DNA of 64,000 nt from Nemertoderma westbladi (GCA_032718475.1 JAUCBJ010006053.1:12678-76677); one strand, 5' to 3'; numbered from the stretch's first letter, positions 35,214 to 48,997 are shown. Translations and numbers: made by a program. The notes: generated from the sequence alone by a model not told the origin.

Positions 35214-36662
35214 ATGACGGAGTTGATAGAAGATGATCTTGGTATCAGGGAGCGATATACTCTGCCTTTGCCAGCATTTGTGGATAGCTTGATACGCGGT
35301 GAAACCGATCCAACCATTACGGAGGACGATGGTCGTTATATCGAACCGCCGATGTCCCAAGAGCAACTTACGCGTGAATTGGACTAGCGAAAATTCACCT
35401 CTCGCTATACGCATCGTAATAGTACGTATATGGACTTCCTAATTACCGGCCATCCTATCGATTTACATGATACGGACGATGTAGACACCGAAAGGGAAAT
35501 GGTTCTATTTAAATATCATACCCAGCGGCGTCGTAACGATAAACCGAGAATAGATCACGAAAATTCTATTCGTAACAGACTGGGAAGACGAACCAATATG
35601 CCTAGAATCTGAGGAGATTCAGCCTATCGCGCCCGGAACAGCGACAATGATTACATCCTAGAATAGTATCAAGGTCCACAATATCTCACTGCGTACGATT
35701 ATCGCCATGCCAACTATGTTTCTAGGCAACATTGTCGGTTATGCGCATCGAGAGACCACGATACGCCCATGGACACCAACGTCCGCTGTTCCTATTTCCA
35801 AGAACAACCGACTATGGAAATTTATTGCGCATATTGCAGACTCAATAACCTGCATATCTTTGCGGTTTGCCCTCAATTTATGACTCAATGTCACCATTGT
35901 CAACTAAAGGGACATGCTAGTTTCGACTGCCCTTTTAATCACGATTTGGAAAGCGTAGATGAAATGATCACACTGCGTTACATCAGAGCTTGGGAAGCGA
36001 ACGCTGATTTACATTGTGATTCGCGCCATCGCTATTATCCCGGACGCGCTTACGAAGGAGTTTATGCGTTCCATCCTTATCTATTCGCTTCGGTTGAACA
36101 GAAATCACGCATATCAAGTTACGAGCTACTGAAGCGCGTCGGAGAATGTATTTCAACTAAATTCGTACGCAAATTTCTCAGGAGTGTTAATCCTAGCGAC
36201 CTTCATTCCTATAACTTAATCAATTATATCCGTCAGGATCCTGACTATGGAGACTTGTTTGTTAACTCACACCCCGAGTTGCAGGAAGTACATCGAAGGC
36301 CTTACGAATACCGAGCCCGCGAGCGCGAGTTGGAAAGGACCATTAAACCCCGGAAGTTTCTAACTGCCTATGGTCCACCCACTGCCCTCGTTCAGACCAC
36401 TCGTAAAGGACCCGTAAGAGCGGCTGTCTTGAAACGAGCTCTCAAAGCCGTTAGACCCCTCTCACCTGACGTTGATGTCAATCAACCCGGTACTTCGACT
36501 GGCGGATACACCGACCATAATCCTACACCCTCTGATGCAATCATATTGCACCCTTCACCCAGGAGTTATAGCCCTCCTTGTAAAGTGGCTCGCCCCAAAG
36601 AGAAAAGGACTCTTGCTGGCTTTAAAAAACTGCGTAAACGCCGTCCGCGCAAGAAAGACTAA
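35214..36662 (+). pseudogene. Accessory ORF before the 3' LTR (Zn-knuckle-like motifs, basic C-terminus), broken by three in-frame stops; open from 35769
   Basis: ATG 35214, ORF 35430 and ORF 35769 share one frame, with stops TAG 35385, TGA 35610 and TAG 35664. Motifs CRLCASRDH, CAYCRLNNLHIFAVC, CHHCQLKGHASFDC; ends KKLRKRRPRKKD. Confidence 0.7.
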
Positions 36663-37430
36663 CTGTTTAGAGTATTTACGTATATTAGAAACTGTGATTT
36701 TGTATATTTTATAGACTCAAATCCCATTTTCTGGGAGCGGTGTAAAAGCTTCTGTGGGATATAACTGGCCCTTTTGCTTCGCAATCCAGTTTCCCCCCAG
36801 GCGCTGGAATACTCTAAAAGGGGTCCTCTAACTGTATATATATTCCCCTCGCCCGCAAGGTACCTTTACAGGTGTTTTAATGGACATAAAAGTCATTCTG
36901 CTATATACGTGTTTTAGCGGACATGGTAAGGCAAAAAACCTGCAATGCGACAAATACCTTTCATAGCTTAGCCGTGATGATTCATATTACGACATCTAAC
37001 AGCTGGTTGCTGACATGGAAACAGCCATTGGACGCATGGTTCTTTGTTTGGCTTGAGCCAATCAGAGCGATTTTTCCTGTCGACGTGTAGCTTTTCGGTC
37101 GATCATAAGGAGTGTGTTCAGTCTTACAGTTTTTTCTTGATACTTTGTGTTATTGCTATCTAGGCCAGAAACAACGGCTCTAGAGTCAATTAGTTTCATA
37201 CTTTAGAAGAAACATTAGTAGGCTAAAATTATAGAGCGTATGACTGTTATCAGTTCTTAACAACTCATATCACATATCGGTCCATATCAGTTCATATCAT
37301 AACTTAACATACCGTCTTAATGCTGTTTACTGTTGTGTTTTGGTTGAATATCATTTGGAGAACATATATAAAGAACCCAAATTTCCCAATTTTCTTGATA
37401 CACTACAGGTTAGAGAGACGGGTTATATAT

Positions 37431-39873
37431 TAGGGTGGAGTGAAAAAAAAAATTTCGTTACTTTTAAGGGAAGCACTATTTTTCTGATGCCAAATCGGTC
37501 TAAACTAACATTGCAAAAAAAAAATTTTGATTTTGAAAAATTCTAAGCGGGCCTCACGACACTTGAAAATTTCAAATTTTTGGGAAGGCAATGCCAGTTT
37601 TGAAATTCTTAGATATTTTGTATTTTTGATAAAAGTTAAGGAAGATTCAAATATTTAATGTCAAATAGGTTGGAAACAAGCACAAATTGTGAAATTGTGA
37701 TTTTCATATAAATCTACCCCAGCCTCATGGCCTTTAAAATTTTGCAAAATTTGCCAAATTTAGCCCTAAAAATACAGCAAACCTACTTTGTAGTCTGTAT
37801 AGTTGAAATCGATTTACTGTGATTTGGAGTTCTTCCTGAGTGAAAACCAAGTCCCCTGATTTGATCACAACTATATTTCAATACTAGAAACCCAGCTAGC
37901 TGGCTGTGATTTTGCCTTTGGATCAAGTAACAGCAGTTAATAAACAACAGTAGGCCTAGGTCTAGGAAGAAGGATAATTCTAAATTAGGAAAACACTAGT
38001 AAAACACTAGAAAAACATATGAAAAACACTGTAAAGCACCCGGAAAACATTAAAATTATTGATCAACAGGAAATTTAATACATCGATTACACTGAATTGG
38101 TAATCTCAAATGTACTCCTCGCATAGCACACGTTAAGTAATCTCCGTAAAACATAGGGAAAACACTATAAACCCTCTGGACAACAGTGAAATTTTACCTA
38201 TATTTCGCTAGAAAGCGGGGTAGCTCAATTGGCTGAGTGCCAGGCCTGCAATCGATTGGTTGTAGGTTCAGCCCCAGCAGGGTCCACTCAGCCGCCTTTC
38301 ATCCACTGGGGTCGATAAATTGAGTACCAGTTAAATAACTGGGAGCAAATCTTGGGATAATAGTAGCGCCCACCCCTACCCTCGGTAGCATCTATCGAAA
38401 GAGGAGCCTTCGGGTCGCCTCAACTGTTCGCTTGATATGCTGCTAATAATACTAGGTGAAAGAAGAATCAATCAGCATGCAGTTCAGCACTATCCTTGTT
38501 TTACTGGTCAGCCAGTAGTACCAGTGTTGCTGTATTCTGGTATTACATCGTGTATTCCAGTATTGTTAGTGTTAGATCAATTCATCTGCTAAATGTTGGC
38601 AGTTGAAGTGCAGAAGTTGTTTATTATTAAGTTGTTATTTATTATAAAGGATACCAGTCATACCAGAAAACCGAACTGACAAGAAAATCATGTGTGTGTT
38701 CTAGATCTTGCATGCGCGCTTCTAGCCACACTGGTATGCCACTTCACTGCAGTATCTCTGTACGTAGAACAGACCCTCTTGCTGTCTTAATATTAAATAC
38801 CGCAACATCTGCACTTTAACTGTTCAACATTTAGCAGATGACAAGATCCAACACTAACAATAGTTTTAGTTTTAGTTATTACAAGTAAAATAGTTTTATT
38901 TGAATACTGGAATACACTAACCAGAATACACCATTAATGTGCCTCTACCGACTGACCAGTAAAACTGTTGAAATTCATGCTGATTGGTTACTGTTCCTTG
39001 GTTGCCGGGCAACAATGGTTTCTGTGTAGTATTAGACACTTTCAACTTATTTTTTAGCTGCATATTAGGTAAAATTTAATGCTATTTAATGCCAATCATT
39101 TTTTGACTGTTTTCTGGACAGTTTATAGTTGTCCCTATGTTTTACATAAATTACTTAATGGTGTGCTATGCGAGGAGTACATTTAAGATTACCAATTCAG
39201 TGTAATACATGTTTTAAATTTCCTGTTGATCAATATTTTTACTTTTTCCGGGTGCATTACTGTGTTTTTCATCTGTTTTTCTAGTGCTTTACTGTTTTAC
39301 TAGTGTTTTCCTAATTTAGAATTATCCTTCTTCCTATACCTACTGTGGTTTATAATATACTGTACTTATTGGGAATTTGATCCAAAGGTAAATTCACAGC
39401 CAGCAAGCTGGGTTTCCAGTATTGAAATATAGTTGTAATCAGATCAGGGGACTTGGTTTTCACTCAGGAAGAACTCCCAACCCTAGTAAATCGATTTCAA
39501 CTATAGAGACTACGAAGTAGGTTTGCTGTATTTTAAGGGTGAAATTTGGCAAATTTTGCAAAATTTTAAAGGCCATGAGGCTGGGGTAGATTTATATGAA
39601 AATCACAATTTCACATTTTGTGTTTATTTCCAACCTATTTGACATTAAATATTTGCATCTTCCTTAACTTTTATCAAAAATACAAAATATCTGGGATTTT
39701 CAAAATTGGCATTGCCTTCTCAAAAATTTGAAATTTTCAGGTGTTGTGAGGCCCGCTTAGAATTTTTCGAAATCAAAAATTTTTTTTTGCAAAGTTAGTT
39801 TAGACCGATTTGGCATCAGAAAAATACTGCTTCCCTTAAAAATAAAGAAAAATTTTTTTTTCACTCCACCCTA
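37431..39873. mobile_element. Non-autonomous hAT-like fold-back element (2443 bp, ~750-bp inverted arms)
   Basis: Termini tagggtggagtgaaaa...ttttcactccacccta; 8-bp TSD ttatatat (37423-37430, 39874-39881); the empty site is in the 5' LTR at 26901-26908. Confidence 0.95.
38215..38430 (+). mobile_element. tRNA-derived SINE
   Basis: A-box-like tagctcaattgg and degenerate B-box ggttcagccc; central ctcagcc..tttcatcc..ggggtcgataaattgagtacc (recalled as Meta-type core); tail gagccttcgggtcgcctc. Confidence 0.75.
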
Positions 39874-41119
39874 TTATATATAGCGATTGCGACTTATGTT
39901 GTTGTGGTTTGTAGTGAATTTAATGCTATTTGATAAGCACTACATTGGTCCGTTGCTATTCCCTTTATATGTGATAAAATTCATTGACGGTCGGCAAATT
40001 AGTGAGCAGTATTGTGTGTTACCGGTAGTGTGCATGATTGTGACTGATAACTAAGCATTTCCTAAAGAATGCGCCTCATACGTGAATCTTAAGCCTTGCC
40101 GACTTACCGTTGTGATTAGTGTAAGTCATATCTCGGTTTACTTAGATAGAGCGCCACGTCCTAAAGGAATTGTTAATATTTCCCGAAAGTAAATAATATT
40201 AGTCAGAAATTAATTATTAACGATCAATCGAATAATACAATACAGTAAGCTTCACTGCAATAATAATTTAAGCCCTCAGAATCCAGTCTCCCGGGAATAT
40301 CCAGCGGGTGAATGGACGCGCACTAGGCTGGCTTCTGCTAATGTTGTGTTTATTGGTATTAAATATTTGTCATCTTCTAAAGTATATCTATAAACCAAAA
40401 GACATATAAATTTTGGCAGGTTAAACTGCTAAAGGTCTTCAAAAGCGCGTACAACCTCAACTTATTGATCAGAATTTTGATGGAGCTTATTAAGTGCAAA
40501 GCTCAAGTAGATATTTTCTATTTTGGAATGTATATTATTTTATTTCATTGAAACACATCCTGTGGTCATGCAATCAGTGATCGCATGGAAGGAAGTAACT
40601 GTAGAGAATATATTAGGTTTAATAATATATATCAAATTTAATTTATCAAAGTTATATAATAATATTATATATCCACACCTGACCCAGGTCCCAGCACCAG
40701 CCTTACTCATTTTTTCAACGATTTTTATTTGAATCAAATGAATTAACTCCGAAAGTTTCCAAGAATAAATGAAAAAGTTTCCAAGAACAGCACCTCGTGC
40801 GGTGCGCTTGCTGGCGAGCTGGTGCGCTTCATAACTGGGACTGAATTTTGGGGAACCATTTGCCCCGCTTGTGGGCGTATCTTTGTTTAAAAAAATAACT
40901 GGGACTGAATACATCCTCTCATGCGTGTTTTAGTACACAAGAGATCCCATCGGACCACGTAACATATGAAACTTTAAAGGCTGCTTTTATAACAGCCACA
41001 ACTGATGGCTAAACTTATGAATTGATTTATTTATTACAGGTATTATAATACTGTATCAGCTATGTGTCCCATAATTAATATAATGAATTAATAATTAAAT
41101 ATAGAATTGACTTAATTTA

Positions 41120-42573
41120 CAACATACAACAAGAGTCCCACAAGAAATGAAAACAAATAAGTTGGTGCCAGTTCCCAAGAAGGGCAACCTAACACTCTAT
41201 GGTTCTTTTCGGGGAATCTCATTGATCTCGATTGCTGCAAAGCTATACAATAGGATTCTATTAAATCGCATCAGGGATCCCATTGAGAGACTGCTCCGTG
41301 GAAATCAGAATGGGTTCCGTAAAGGTCGTGGGACCATGGAGCCCATTTTGGCACTTAGAAGGATAATTGAAGAATTATCAAAAAAGAAAGACAGGCATCT
41401 GGCTGTTATCTTTGTTGACTTCTTCAAGGCCTTTGATTCAGTCTCTCGCTCACGTATGTTCAGCATACTTTCATTATATGGGATTCCTGATGAAATTATT
41501 GCAGCAATCAGATCAGTATACGATGGTTCGACAACATTTGTGTCTACTGTTGACGGTGACACAGAACCATTTGAAGTGTTATGGGGCGTCCTCCAAGGAG
41601 ACACACTTGCACCATTCTTGTTCATTATTGTGGTTGACTATGTTCTACGCATGTCCTTAGATCATCATAATGATGATGGGGTGATGATAACTCCACCTAC
41701 TGGCTCCAGAAGTCGAGGAAATCCTGCCAAGTACCTAACTGATCTAGACTTTGCTGATGACTTAGGAGTACTATCAGAATCATTAGAGGGAGCCCAACGG
41801 CTCCTCAGCTCATTAGAACATGCTGCTTCTAGTGTTGGTCTTTTTATTAACTCCAGGAAGACCAAAATTCTGACAGTTAACTTTGAAAGTCCTCAGCAAG
41901 TCTCTGATCGGATGAGCATAAGCTCAAAGGATGGTATGCTTGAGCATGTGGACGACTTCTGTTACCTGGGATCATGGATCCGGAAGTCAGGTGAGGACCT
42001 TCGAATATGTAAGGGAAAGGCATGGGCAGCCTTGAATAGGCTTTCCAGGATTTGGAAGTCACCGAGAATTAATCGGAAACTTAAGGTCCGATTATTTAGA
42101 GCAGCAGTAGTTCCAGTACTCCTCTATGGGAGTCCATGCTGGGCTCTAACTGCTGAGGACACCAAATCTCTGGATGGCACATTCACAAGAATGCTACGCC
42201 GGGTTCATTGTGTCAAGTACAATGGACACATCTCCAACCAGGCACTATATAACATTGGAGGTGTCTCATTGGTTCCCCCAAGCTTGACACTAGAACAAAA
42301 TCGCCTCCGCTTTGCAGAACATTGCTTTCACCGTGAGGACCAGCCAGTGCATAATCTTGTACTTTGGCAGCCTCATGGAGTGAATAAGCATGGTGGACAG
42401 CCCATGACTTTCTTGAGACGCATCTTAAAGGACACTGGCCTTAAAGATGCGGATGATCTAGCAAATGTCATGGGTGATAGGGAGTTGTGGCGGTGCAATT
42501 TTGTTGACAAGCCGGCACAGCATTCTTAAAAATGCAGCTGCAATGCAGCATGCCGATCCTAGTAGTAGTAGTA
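41120..42573 (+). mobile_element. 5'-truncated RTE-clade LINE (RT-containing ORF 41147-42529)
   Basis: Motifs FRGISL, QNGFRKGR, FVDFFKAFDSV, GVLQGDTLAP, DFADD and YLGS; (agt)n tail at ~42561-42573; TSD gacttaattta (41109-41119, 42574-42584). Confidence 0.93.
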
Positions 42574-44183
42574 GACTTAATTTAATTGTTGTATGTACTC
42601 ACACGCCCATATACTCTTTGCGCCTGCTGTCTCTTAATATAGTTTCGTGGTCGCATTCCACCAACCGATGAGTAGCATGAGTGATGTGGGCTCTTGAAAT
42701 TCTTCGTTAGATCGCAGGGACAATAAGTTCTCCAGGGGTGGTGAAGCTGACCCGATGGTGGTTGATTCGGATGCTCAACTCAGGCTGAGCTATAAAGCAT
42801 CCACAGCTTACCTTAGTACCCTGCTGCCAATCACAGAGTGACCACCACCCTGCACACGTTTTTGTCTTGATAGCAGCTCTATGAATAATTAGCAGTTGCC
42901 CCTGCAGTTGGAACATATTATACCCGAGGTGAGTGTCTGGCTCCAGAGATAAAGTGAGACTCTGGAGGAACTCTGAGTCGGCTGGTCTCAATGCAAAATG
43001 AATATCTAATGATCCCAATGTTCCCAATGCCATGAATAAACCGTTGAACTCAAGTTCTATTATGGTGACAATGGAGTCTATACCGACTTCTTCATACTTC
43101 GGATGCGTTTTGGACTGTGTGGCAGTTTTGCTAAATACAATAGCAGTGATTCCGACCCTGTCGCCTTGAACAATCATTCAATCGAATTGCTTTTCACCTG
43201 CAATGTCGGATCTCATAGCTGGTGGTCCGCCTACCTCCCGTTCTATTCCTGTAGGAGACTTGACAGGTTTGTCACATTTTCAGATATTAAAAATTGTGGA
43301 AATCAGCACATGACCGTGCTGTCAATGACGATGGCTTTGTCTCCACCCATTCACCACTGAGTAATCGAATATCCATGGTTGAAATGGTTCGTTGTTAATG
43401 ACTATTGGGTTATCCATAATCTGCAGAAAATAATAATATTGTATTTATGTAGTACTATAGTTATCGTACTCTTAAAATATTATACCGCTAACATTTACTC
43501 ACTAAGTTAGCACTACAGCAGATTCAGCCAATATGTTGATGCAGACATGAGAAGCTGTGGCGCATCGTAATATTTCGACATTGGATATTACTTTACTTAT
43601 GCTTATCGTTTCTCAAGCCGTAATAATTCACACTAACCAATCCCAGTCACATCATGCGACTCCAAATTTCGAAATATGTTTTAATGTCACTTTTCTCCTT
43701 TTGGATTTTAAACGAATAATAGTTAAACCTATTAAACAAAAGAAATTGAATTGAAAACGAAAGAGAGGAATATTACATACTGCATATGTGTTATTTTATA
43801 TATGTTAGATATAACACCACTAACTAGCAACAGCATTTTATATTTATTTCATTACACAAAATTAATAATAATAATTTGTACATAATATTTCAAATTGATC
43901 CAACAATATGTGCAGGTGATACTTTAGACATATCAAACTTATTATAGGCCAAAGGGCATATAAAACAAAAACAAGCACTGACTGAAGCAAATAAATTACT
44001 GTAAAATACCCCCAGGAAGACGAAAGACAACTTGGATTAATATCAATAATCTATATCAATATACCATCATATCAATGCAAATTACAAGTAAAATACTTGG
44101 TAAATTACAGTAAAATAATGGTAATAAAAAGATGTTTATAATTAATTAGTATTTTAATATTATTTATATATATTAATATTATT

Positions 44184-46320
44184 TTAGTATTCTAATTTTG
44201 ATATTTCTTTATCTCTTTTCTCATTACAGTTATACGATCGATCATAAATTTGATCAGCAGTTTTGTTTCTTAATTCTTTCAATCCCTTCGATAGGTAAGC
44301 CTGCTTCTCATTTCTTCTAACTGTTTTCCACTTGCATATATCGGTACCATATATTTTTAACATTATAAGTTTTCGGATTTCGACCAAATCGTTCGCCCAC
44401 CCTTTGAAATATGCGAGGCTCCCCCTACTCCCTGATCCTCTCTCATAGCTCCCCCTATCCCTTGCTCATCTCTCATAGCTCTCCCTACTCCTCTCCCACA
44501 GCTCCTTGCTCCCCTCTCACAGCTCTCCCCACCCCTTGCGCCCCTCCCATAGCTCACACTGCTCCTTGCTCCCCCCTCACAGCTCTGCCCACCCCCTGCT
44601 CTTATCTCATACCTCCTACTACTTCGTGCCCCCCCCCCCCCCCCCCCCCCCCCTACAGCTCCCACTACTATCTGGTCTACCTCCTGCTTTAGACTGACTT
44701 CACCATTACACTCACGCCCAAATCTAGTTGCCCAAAATCAGACCCTATTGGTTGATTTTCCTGCTGGTTAACTACAACACTTGCTGTTAAGTTGTCATGG
44801 TAAATGACATCAATTGGGAATTAATTTTGTCCTGTATCTGCTCCTAGGTTTTCGATTAGTTCGAAGGCTTCCATGGATGTCGGATTGGTAAGCACTTGGT
44901 CGTAAAATTTTCTTGCAGTCTCTATTGTGTGTTTAATAGTTTAGCAACAATATTCTGCAAATTTGCAGAAGTCACTGTACTTTGGCTCAAGAGTTGAAAT
45001 TAAATGGTGATTCGCAGTAAAAGTGGGATTAGATACGGAATTTGGTAGTATAATTTCCCACAACTTTTATGCTGGAGCAGACGCACTGCACTTGCCAGCT
45101 TTGAACCGCTACTTGTAGAGAACACATTGTCGATTTTACACATATGATGACAGAATTGACTTCTCTACAATGTGCTATCCAGACCTTGAGGAGATTATAT
45201 GTATCTAATATCATGGTCAATGTCGCATCACCGTATTCAGCATTCGTTTTATGCGTCTCAACATTAATAGTAACCTTTTGGCAGTCCTTTGATAGTTCCG
45301 ATTCTGTATCATATCTGATGTTTATTATTTCCGAACCACTCAATCAATTTGTAAAACCAATACGACCAATCAAATTAACTCTGCATTTCCCAGAGAGGGA
45401 CGCCAGTGGAATTCGACGTAGTAGAACGTATAGTATTGATGACATGTACTATATTCTGAGAATGTTGAGAGGTGTAAAATTCAACAAGTTCTGGTTTACT
45501 TGGCATTCTCTTTGCTGCAGCTTTTCGGGCTTGAAATTGCGAAACTTTGATATGCTTTGATAAACTTGATGCAGCAAGAATTCGACCCTCCGTCACCTGC
45601 GTATTACGAATAATCTCCACCTAATTCTGAACAGTGAAACTCATGAAGATTACTCACTTTTGAATATAGACCCGGTTTGTTGACGGCTTGCGGACCTTGG
45701 TTGCCGTTTTATTGTCCTCACCCTGGAGTTTAATATATACGCTTTATCAATTTCGTTGTTATTAAACATATTTTCCAGGGGAATACATTTTTCGTTATTT
45801 CTTAGCATTAATGAGTAAAATTTATTGACAAGTTGGAATGAAAATGAAGCTGCAGCCGGCGTATACCCGTTTATAGGAGATTTTAGATACTCATCAAACT
45901 GGTCCATAAGGGGAATTCTAACTGCGCTGTCGCGTACATCAGAAACTAAATCTGGCAACTTGTACCTTCCTGGCCAGGACAGGATATTATCTCTATAAGG
46001 GTTGGGAACTTCTTTCGCGTTGTTATCTCTGGTGACTTTAATATTACGAAATTCCAATAAATGGAGTGGTAATCTAAGGACAACTGTTCGACAGAGTTTA
46101 CAAACTGACGGTCTCCTGTGATATTTTCCTTTATTTTCTCATCCTTCAATTGATGCCAACCTTTTTACATTCTTTGGGGCGTTTAGATGAATATTGGGAT
46201 GTACATCTTTGATATGTTTATGGAGTTGTTTCACTGATTTCGAGCACCAAGTACATTTTACGTACGGACGTATTCGTTTCTTTGATGGTTGATTGTTTGG
46301 TTTGGACACAATAGACACGT
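44184..46320 (-). pseudogene. Fragmented tyrosine-recombinase-like gene (C2H2 finger, core-binding region, catalytic region, Myb/SANT-like tail)
   Basis: Collinear minus-strand fragments: CTWCSKSVKQLHKHIKDVH; FDEYLKSP; GSEIINI...INVETHKTNAEYGDATL; VAKLL/KHTIETARKFY at 44902-44945; RTIWSKSE...TADQIYDR. Many frameshifts. Confidence 0.55.
44415..44665. repeat. C-rich ~30-bp degenerate tandem repeat plus poly-C run
   Basis: Repeated ctcacagctctcccc(a)ccccttgct units and a C-run at ~44629-44653. Confidence 0.8.
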
Positions 46321-46569
46321 TCGTGGGGCCTTCGCGCAGCACGAGGCCCAGTTATTAGATACAAATTAAAATTGAGCGACTGTATCACAAAATCAGGTTT
46401 TGAGAAATTTACCCACACCACCAATCAATCAAAGAAAGGCGGACAGTACGTGTTCACCCCTTTTAATCCCCCCCCCCCCACCCCACCCTTCCAAACCACC
46501 AATACATAACAGGGACATCTACCACCCACGGAAGGGTAGCACGAACTTATTTCCAATCGCACGTTAAAT

Positions 46570-46870
46570 ATGCAAAGCCAGGTGGTTTATAGGAATATAA
46601 TAAACGCAGTACTCGTTTTCATTATAAGCCTCTTTGCGTTCGTCCTGTTTTGTATTTAAATATATTTCTTAAACGCAGGCTAGGACGATCTTTATAATAA
46701 TAATAACTAGGGATGCGATCAATATGTGAAGCCAGGTGGTGGTTTATATAATAATTTAGTCAACGCAGTACTCGTCTTCATTATATGCCTCGTTGCGCTC
46801 GTCGCTTGTCCTGTTTTGTCATAAAATATTTTTCCTAAACGCAGACTGACGATCTTTATACAGTTATAAC
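46570..46870. repeat. Two diverged direct copies of a ~140-bp unit
   Basis: gccaggtggt...aacgcagtactcgt.ttcattata.gcctc...aaacgcag.ct.gacgatctttata at ~46577 and ~46731. Confidence 0.8.
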
Positions 46871-47734
46871 TATGCGAAGTTTCGAAACTGTGCGAGTAAC
46901 TGTTGATACATCTATGTGGAGATGTGTGATATGTGGAGATGTGTGATACAACGCCAACGCATCTTATGCCGATGTAGTAATATGGGTATTGAAATAATAT
47001 TAAATCAATGTACACTCTTAAAGCTGCAGCGAAAAAATGTAGCTAATTTCCTAGGTTACATATAAAATAATAGTATTATTTTTAAGAACATTAATTTTAC
47101 TACTTTGCAAAAATTCAATTAAAAAATAACCAGACATATACATTGTGGAATAAACTATTTCAGAAGCCTACAACAGCCATGCCATGGATGGTATTTATGT
47201 TATTATATCTGTCATTTACCTGAGATAGCAATACAACACTTATAGTAGAGTCAATACAGGAAGGATGTTGGGATGTTGGATTTAAAGAATGATGTCTGGG
47301 CTGGAATAGCAATCCTGGTTGCCTATTACAATTCCTCTCTGGTTAGTCTACAGCCACAACTCCAAGCCAGCTAGCTCCACACCAGCAGAGACTTGACCAA
47401 TAATCATTCCCAGCAACTAGCTACCTTACACACACATCCTTCCATCGTACCAGCATGTTAGCCAATAAATGAGCAGTATTTAATGAGAATCAATTTTTTA
47501 TGACGTTTTAATTACTTTAGATCAATTAAAGACACAATTAATAAAGCAAATCACTTGAACTAATTAAAAACTATAATAGAATGGCGTATGTGGATTACAT
47601 CTGTATAATTTTTAAGTATAATTATTTAAATCTTATACTGTAAAACAATTAATTTCCTTTAAAAGGCAGGTTGAAAATGGTGTTTTTACCGTAATCAACT
47701 TAATTAACTAATTAACTGCTATTATCTTAGCTTG

Positions 47735-47932
47735 TCGAAGGCCACACGGAAATTCTACTTGGAAAATTTCTAAACTTTTGCCAAACAACATGTGTACCAA
47801 GTTTGGATAGATTTCATCAAAGATTGGCTGAGTTATTAACGTTTAAAATTGGACGCGACAGAACGACAGAACGACAGGTTGATTAATGGTACCACTACGC
47901 TAAGGCTCACTCACTTCGTGGCTCGCCCCACA
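47735..47932 (+). mobile_element. Non-autonomous Helitron/Helentron-like (HINE/DINE-type) 3' part
   Basis: gacagaac microsatellite followed by terminal gctcactcacttcgtggctcgcccc; a diverged inverted copy lies at 50676-50880. Confidence 0.5.
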
Positions 47933-48997
47933 TATGTGTTTTTATTCCTCCAGCATGATCATTAGATGATGATTGCATATTCCTATCCTCGATATCTTCT
48001 AACACATTAGGTTCCATACCGCCAACATAAGATTCCTTTTGCATCGATTTTTTCATCATACCAGTTGGGATCTAATCTGGATCCACTGGCAACAAAATAA
48101 TACGCAATTAATTAAAAATGTTAAAAAATGAATTTCTAGAATAATCGGACATGAAAAACCACACAAAATGATTACACTCTAGTTTCTGTAAATCTTAATG
48201 AAACATGCATGCATGCTATTCGAAACAAAGATAGTTTCGCCCATGTGAAGAATACCAGGTTTTCACTTTTCGGCCAAGTTTTTTTTGAAATCTTATATAA
48301 TGCCGCCACAACTCTGACATGAGATGGCATTGTGTAAATGCAATGTTTAGCCCTATTTGGCTCTGGGGGGGGGGTAGGGGGGGTGTGTCATTTTATAAAT
48401 TTTTATTTATTGAGTCAGGTATGTCGGGAAAACCGCGATTTCGTGAGTTTTCCTAAAATTTAATGGGTTATCCATTAGAGCAAACGCCATTTACATGGCT
48501 AGGCTATGTTAGTTTTCGTATTCCAGTATTTCTCGTGCTAAATTTTTCAAATGTTTTTATAATAATTTATTTATTTGCGGTATATAGTGGTTTTTTGGGT
48601 GCTGATCACGGTTGTAGAACTCAAATATAACATTCGAGAATATTTTTTGGTAATTTTGAGTGTGCCGGAACACTCAAAACTGAAACACTAAAAACTGCTT
48701 AGCCTTCTTGGGCTCTCTTGTGCTTTACCATGCCAATTTTGCTACTTTTTTGGCAATTTTTATGTGTATGAAAATAATAATAATTCATTTGCATTATATT
48801 TAAATGACACCATAAAATGAAATAGTAATAGTTTGACAATTGTGGTTTATTCTAGATAAAACTATTGAATTCTAATTTAGGTTTCATATTTCTAATTAGC
48901 TATGGTTATTAAGCAAGCATACCATCCCACATTCAATTACCTAATAAAACTTTCGATATTAGGTAGTACTATTATTTGTACGAATTAATTAGTTTAA

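Larger units (their letters stand above)
26219..40453 (+). mobile_element. Non-autonomous BEL/Pao LTR retrotransposon with both LTRs and TSD
   Basis: TGTA...TACA LTRs; 5-bp TSD acctc (26214-26218, 40454-40458); PPT-like ctgggagcgg at 36731-36740; BEL-type Gag-protease ORF. Confidence 0.95.
36741..40453 (+). repeat. 3' LTR interrupted by a hAT-like insertion
   Basis: Matches the 5' LTR once 37431-39881 is removed. Confidence 0.97.

Noticed and set aside
35769-36662. Retroviral-type env
   Set aside because: No signal peptide, fusion peptide or transmembrane segment; the protein is basic with Zn-knuckle motifs.
38215-38290. tRNA gene
   Set aside because: Degenerate T-arm and acceptor stem, and it continues into a SINE core and tail.
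44363-44697. Gly-rich and Pro-rich short ORFs
   Set aside because: Derived from a C-rich tandem repeat and poly-C run.
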